This document shows positions 59,905-64,000 of a stretch of DNA of 64,000 nt, piece by piece (within the stretch, counting starts at the first letter, position 1; every line of letters starts with the position of its first letter). Both the position numbers and the translations under genes were made by a program. Below the pieces are notes generated by a model, which saw nothing but the letters and a program-made list of their open reading frames with translations, ran no database searches and had not been told where the DNA came from. Source of the DNA: Nitrospirales bacterium (GTDB lineage Bacteria; Nitrospirota; Nitrospiria; Nitrospirales; UBA8639); NCBI GenBank assembly GCA_965223295.1, contig CBDCWC010000001.1:1-64000 (forward strand). Direction: 5' to 3'.

Positions 59905-61014
59905 TTATAGTGGAAAGAAGCGCTTCAAGCCGTTTATGGGTTTTTCGATAATGTACCAGGAGCCCGTGGCTATTAGAATGGAAACACTACTAAAGAGGAG
60001 AAAGCGTACCCATTCGATATTTACTATCTCAGACATTAGGGCCATCAGGCCAATAGAGTGAAGCAAGTCTGGAACAAATAAATGATTAATGTACATCCCA
60101 TAACTAATACACCCAAGATATATCAGGATTGGTTGATTGAGTAAGAATCCTACTGGTCCGACAAATCCTCCTGTTGCTCTTCCTATCACCCAGACAAATA
60201 GTAAGCCGGCTCCTAGTTCACCAAGAACGAATTCAATCGAGGATGAGGCATTAAGCATTTTGGAAACGAATACAACACCTAAGATGAGCATCCCTGCGAC
60301 AAAACTGAGGCTGAGTATTTTGTGAAACTGGCGTCTATCTAGCTCGACCTTTCTAGACAGGAGGGCCAAGAGGCCACCAATTCCTAAGGTGTCCAAATGT
60401 GATGGCATTAACATACTTCCTTGAAAATGGGTAAGCCCAGATCCAAGCATCAGCAGACGGAAAAGTGGGCCCATCAGAACAGCGAGTAACACTGCATGAA
60501 AGAGAAAAGCCTTGGGCACAAACAATATAACGAGTGGCCAAAAAAGATAAAACTGCTCTTCGACCGCTAAAGTCCAGAAATGTTTTGCGGTGACAAACCC
60601 ATCTTGAAGCGCAAAGTGGATGTTTTGAAGATACGTTAGGAACCACCATGGTTGAGGAAAAGAATCGGTTGCAAGAGAAAATATGAGTATAATAAGAACG
60701 AGATAATAGATGGGCATGAGCCGCATTGCCCGTCGAATGAAAAAATGAAAAATGATGGTTTTAGATGGCTTGACAGATTGTTCAATCTTGTCGCGACCCC
60801 CAAGAAGAATCCCGGTGATGAGAAATCCGCTTAAAACGAAGAACAAACGGACACCTAAATCTCCAAGAGGGACTGTAGATCGAAAAAAATTCTGCTCATC
60901 CAAGAAATGTTGCATGAAAACTCCTAAGGCAGCCAATGCCCTCAAGCTATCTAGTTGAGGCATGTATGCCATAGGCATATCAGCTGCCAAGGACTGTTGG
61001 TCCTGTCCATGCAT
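59905..61014 (-). CDS. Acyltransferase family 3 (OafA/YrhL-like)
   Basis: LDSLRALA, GVRLFFVLSGFLIT, FFIRRAMRLMP, HFWTLAVEEQFY, ISYGMY..H, WYIIEKP. Confidence 0.93.
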   Translation of the reverse strand: MHGQDQQSLAADMPMAYMPQLDSLRALAALGVFMQHFLDEQNFFRSTVPLGDLGVRLFFVLSGFLITGILLGGRDKIEQSVKPSKTIIFHFFIRRAMRLMPIYYLVLIILIFSLATDSFPQPWWFLTYLQNIHFALQDGFVTAKHFWTLAVEEQFYLFWPLVILFVPKAFLFHAVLLAVLMGPLFRLLMLGSGLTHFQGSMLMPSHLDTLGIGGLLALLSRKVELDRRQFHKILSLSFVAGMLILGVVFVSKMLNASSSIEFVLGELGAGLLFVWVIGRATGGFVGPVGFLLNQPILIYLGCISYGMYINHLFVPDLLHSIGLMALMSEIVNIEWVRFLLFSSVSILIATGSWYIIEKPINGLKRFFPL

Positions 61015-61344
61015 GTCGCTAGTAAGTATAAGATGTTATGAGGGGGCAGGATGAATATATAAAAGAAACGGGGATGGTAGCTAGAAAAACCCTTTTTGAA
61101 AATGAGGAAGATTCATTAGGGTGAGTCTGTATCATTGATGTTCTTCTCTATTGTCATATTTTCGAAAGAGAACTTCGAGTGCTTATTCATGCACCTATTT
61201 TATTTAGTCCACTCTCGGGTCGAATCCACAACCACAACACTCCACCAGAGAAGGCTACATTTTTGTCAGTTTCTCAGTAGCCTAACCACACAAAAAAGGC
61301 CTTCCGATATTCCTGATCACCTAAATCTGCTGACCCTTCCATTC

Positions 61345-61656
61345 GACCGCATCGGTCTATCCCGTCTTAAATACAAGGCCATTAGGATTTGCCACGATCT
61401 TGTCATTTAATCTCTGGGCTAATGTCACACTTTTGGGACTCGCGCTTTTTGATCTCCTCGATTTCATAACGTCAAGTTTTGTGCTGCCCTCGGGCGATAT
61501 TCTTATTATCGTTTAAGCCGGTTGACTTGCACCCACGGGAAGCACCTGAGCCGCACGTTAAATCGCCAACATCACGATCTATTATTCCTAACAACCCTTG
61601 TTTGTTTATTGCTCCAGTGGCGGTCTTTATCATAATTCTCAACGTGATCGGCAATC
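61345..61656 (+). pseudogene. Decayed copy of the 3' end of the NSS transporter gene
   Basis: GACCGCATCGGTCTAT is identical at 59291 and 61345. GTCATTTAATCT.TGGGCT, TTTTTGATCTCCT.GATTTCAT.ACGTC and IAPVAVFI.LN.IG are shared with 59340..59610. Contains internal stops. Confidence 0.8.
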
Positions 61657-61920
61657 TGCAGGAGAAAAGGCCTGAGCGCCATTTCTCCCAATCCTTTCTA
61701 GGACTAGAACGATTCTGGTCATACCATCGATCTCAATCTTTGTTGGAAAGTAATATGACTTTTCTCTTTCGATTAATACTCGTCATAGCACGTTCTCTGT
61801 TTTTTTCTCATGACGAATAATTTGAACAATCAAGTCACCCCAACACCTGCCGATAGTTCTCTACAGCACAGCACTTGTGTCGTGTCCTATCAACCTTTCA
61901 TCATCATAAGGAATCGTCCT

Positions 61921-62118
61921 ATGTCACAAATTGGTATCCTCAATGCTGCAAATGCGGTCGCTCAACTCTCACTTCCTCTTATTGATGCCTCTACACTTTC
62001 CACGAAAGGGAAAACACCAGCGCCATCTATCGACGCTGTGCAAAATCTAAAAGATACGGTGTCTATTTCATTAGGTGCACAGGCAAAGAGCGCACGAGAA
62101 AACGCTCCTCTCGCCTAG
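61921..62118 (+). CDS. Small hypothetical protein
   Basis: 65 aa, RBS AAGGA, DTVSIS motif near the C-terminus, followed by a hairpin. Confidence 0.5.
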   Translation: MSQIGILNAANAVAQLSLPLIDASTLSTKGKTPAPSIDAVQNLKDTVSISLGAQAKSARENAPLA

Positions 62119-62155
62119 TAGCCATCACCTATATTCATACGATATAAATCTTCTG

Positions 62156-62190
62156 TGAGACGACATGGCTGTTATTGCCATGTCATCTCA
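62156..62190. terminator. Stem-loop between convergent genes
   Basis: TGAGACGACATGGC / GCCATGTCATCTCA, a 14-bp stem with one mismatch. Confidence 0.5.
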
Positions 62191-62367
62191 CCTGATAGAC
62201 GCCTCCCATTCGGCATTCCGCAGGAATACAAATAGCGATATCTGCTTGAGCACAAAGAGCTGCCTCCCACCACAGACTTACGTTCAATCCACCTAATATA
62301 GCCAGGTTAGAGTCTTTTGCCATCACAATAGGTCCTCATCAAAAGACGAAACCTATCGTACTAACGT

Positions 62368-63180
62368 TTAGGTTTCACTGTAGAACAGAAGTTGGACGCC
62401 AATAATGATGACAGCGCCCGCCCAGAGGATTTTGAGCAAAGATCGATTTTTTTGAGTCTGTCCGAGCGTGGGTGCTAGCGCAGGACCATGTATCCATTCC
62501 CCGGCAAACCAGGCAAACCCTCCGGCCAAGGCCAAAGTACCCATGATATTGTGGTGCATTTGAATTTGATGGCCCGCAGGATGGGGGCCATGCATATGAA
62601 TATACAACATCAGACCACCGATGAGCGCAAATCCTGGCAACAACGCGCTCCAAAACCACTGAGACAACTTTCCCGCTTGCCGCAACCATTCAACCGATCC
62701 CACACTCACCGCTAAGAGACCAAAAATTTTGTGTTGCAGCATTTCTGGATCTTTGCCTGAGAGCGTTTCGGCTAAGGTCCAGGAGCCAATCGGCCAGGCT
62801 TCATGATCGCTCCAGATGAGCAGAAAAATGCCAAATCCTACCAATGAAACCGGCAATAACCATCGCAACCAGGCCAGCGCCATCCACCCCATTGCCGTGC
62901 GCAATTCGGTCAGCCCAACTACAATAACCCCTAACCCTGCCAACGCATGATTGAACTCTGAATAGGCAATCCCTTCGACTGATCCCTCCCATTGTCCGGA
63001 AACCATGATATGCCCGTGACCAAGGTCGGATTGATGAGTATGGGCGTCCTGTTTGGCGAAACTTATCGATGTGAATATCAAGATGAGGCTTGCAGACAGG
63101 AGCGGTAGGCAACTCAAAGGATTAAGGGCATTCCTCACAAAAACCCCATACACTCCAAATGATGCAAAACGATGTGCCAT
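62368..63180 (-). CDS. His-rich polytopic membrane protein
   Basis: Signal-like segment, HTHQSDLGHGH, then about six TM helices carrying FNH, SDH, LQH, IHMH and QMHH. Confidence 0.75.
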   Translation of the reverse strand: MAHRFASFGVYGVFVRNALNPLSCLPLLSASLILIFTSISFAKQDAHTHQSDLGHGHIMVSGQWEGSVEGIAYSEFNHALAGLGVIVVGLTELRTAMGWMALAWLRWLLPVSLVGFGIFLLIWSDHEAWPIGSWTLAETLSGKDPEMLQHKIFGLLAVSVGSVEWLRQAGKLSQWFWSALLPGFALIGGLMLYIHMHGPHPAGHQIQMHHNIMGTLALAGGFAWFAGEWIHGPALAPTLGQTQKNRSLLKILWAGAVIIIGVQLLFYSET

Positions 63181-63197
63181 GATTCCACATGCATCAG

Positions 63198-63387
63198 GGG
63201 AGTGTTGAATAATACAAAACACCAAAGGCAACTTTGCTCATGATAACGTCGGATACCAAAAGTGTCGGGGCGGGTCAAAAAAGTCCATCCAGCAAGGCCG
63301 CAGCCATTTTTGCGCGCGGAGCGTACTGGTACTACCTGAGCACGGAAAAATGGCGAGAACGTCGCTGGTGGCTTTTTTCAACGCCCT
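63198..63387 (-). mobile_element. MITE-like element, copy 3 (longest)
   Basis: Ends GGGAGTGTTGAATAA and TTTTTTCAACGCCCT. Perfect 5-bp flanking duplication ATCAG (63193..63197 and 63388..63392). Reverse-complement homolog of copy 2. Confidence 0.85.
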
Positions 63388-63388
63388 A

Positions 63389-64000
63389 TCAGGGTGAAAA
63401 GAACGACACACCCAGATTGAACAACCACGCATTCAACCCAATGTTGCGATTGCCGATTCCAGAATTCGAAATGTGGTGAAATCGAAAACCGGCCGTGATG
63501 GCCCAGTTTTCTGAGATGAAATACGAGACGCCAGGACCTGTTTGCAAAATAAAATTAAACTGTGTGCTTTGCTCGGGAATTCGTGGAGCCAGATCGGTCC
63601 ACAACATTCCTGCTCCCCCATCCCAAAAAGGCATCCACCGACCAAAGGATAAGAAATTATATTTCACGACTAATGATCCGCCAAACGCCGAGGCACTAAA
63701 AGGTTCATAGTAGTGCGCAGCCATTGGTTCAATAAGCAGCTCCACATTTCCCGCCACCACACCGCTGCCAAGTTCATCAGTGAAGACCTGCCCTAATTGT
63801 GGCAAGAGATATATGGCTCGTCGATTGGATGAGGGCGCATTCTGAAATATATTACTCCCTTTCCAAAAACCTCCCAACAGGCCATATTCCAATGTACCTT
63901 TCGTTACCCGCGTTCGGGCGTCAATTTTCTCTGCCGAGGCCGTCGCCCCCATAAGAAGAATGCCCAAAAGAACAGCTACCCATGCGAATTGCAGTTTCTT
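63389..64000 (-). CDS. PagL-like lipid A 3-O-deacylase / acyloxyacyl hydrolase beta-barrel, probably 5' truncated
   Basis: STQFNFILQTGPG and RFHHISNSGIGNRNIGLN (HxSN catalytic motif), with a signal peptide ending ASA. Confidence 0.82.
   Translation of the reverse strand, partial: KKLQFAWVAVLLGILLMGATASAEKIDARTRVTKGTLEYGLLGGFWKGSNIFQNAPSSNRRAIYLLPQLGQVFTDELGSGVVAGNVELLIEPMAAHYYEPFSASAFGGSLVVKYNFLSFGRWMPFWDGGAGMLWTDLAPRIPEQSTQFNFILQTGPGVSYFISENWAITAGFRFHHISNSGIGNRNIGLNAWLFNLGVSFFSP

Overview
This 64-kb window is a mostly core-genome segment of a roughly mid-GC bacterium. Gene content points to an aerobic nitrite-oxidiser of the Nitrospirales (inferred from the bd-like oxidase/cytochrome bc cluster and the small Nitrospira-type genes). 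Main blocks: (i) 1-14.4 kb: transaldolase, family-5 UDG, a hybrid histidine kinase, glycerate kinase, lemA-TPM-TPM, panC/folK, bactofilin, tRNA-Thr and ubiA. (ii) 14.5-26 kb: a minus-strand respiratory cluster with two CydA-like 'bd-like' oxidase subunits, Rieske plus cytochrome b, five c-type cytochromes and an EbdC/NxrC-like heme-b protein. (iii) 26.9-44.1 kb: an isoprenoid/hopanoid supercluster (shc, hpnG-like, mlaE/F/D, hpnM/mlaC, an Omp85 barrel, a TatT-like TPR protein, hpnN, a clear hpnP-like C-2 methylase, dxs, ispG, tRNA-Cys, hpnH). (iv) 44.3-58 kb: nucleotide-sugar dehydrogenase, type IV pilin, TPR proteins, dnaB, hisZ, serA, serC, OmpA and a tandem-domain ThyX. (v) 58-64 kb: an NSS transporter, an acyltransferase lying between that transporter and a decayed copy of it, and a PagL-like gene. 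Three copies of a non-autonomous MITE-like element with 5-bp target duplications are present. Several genes are split by single-base indels, mostly in homopolymers and clustered in three zones; these are probably assembly errors rather than pseudogenes. The best leads are hpnP in a putative Nitrospirales genome and a candidate trans-envelope hopanoid trafficking system (HpnN + TatT-like + Omp85 + Mla). All family calls come from motif recognition, not database searches.
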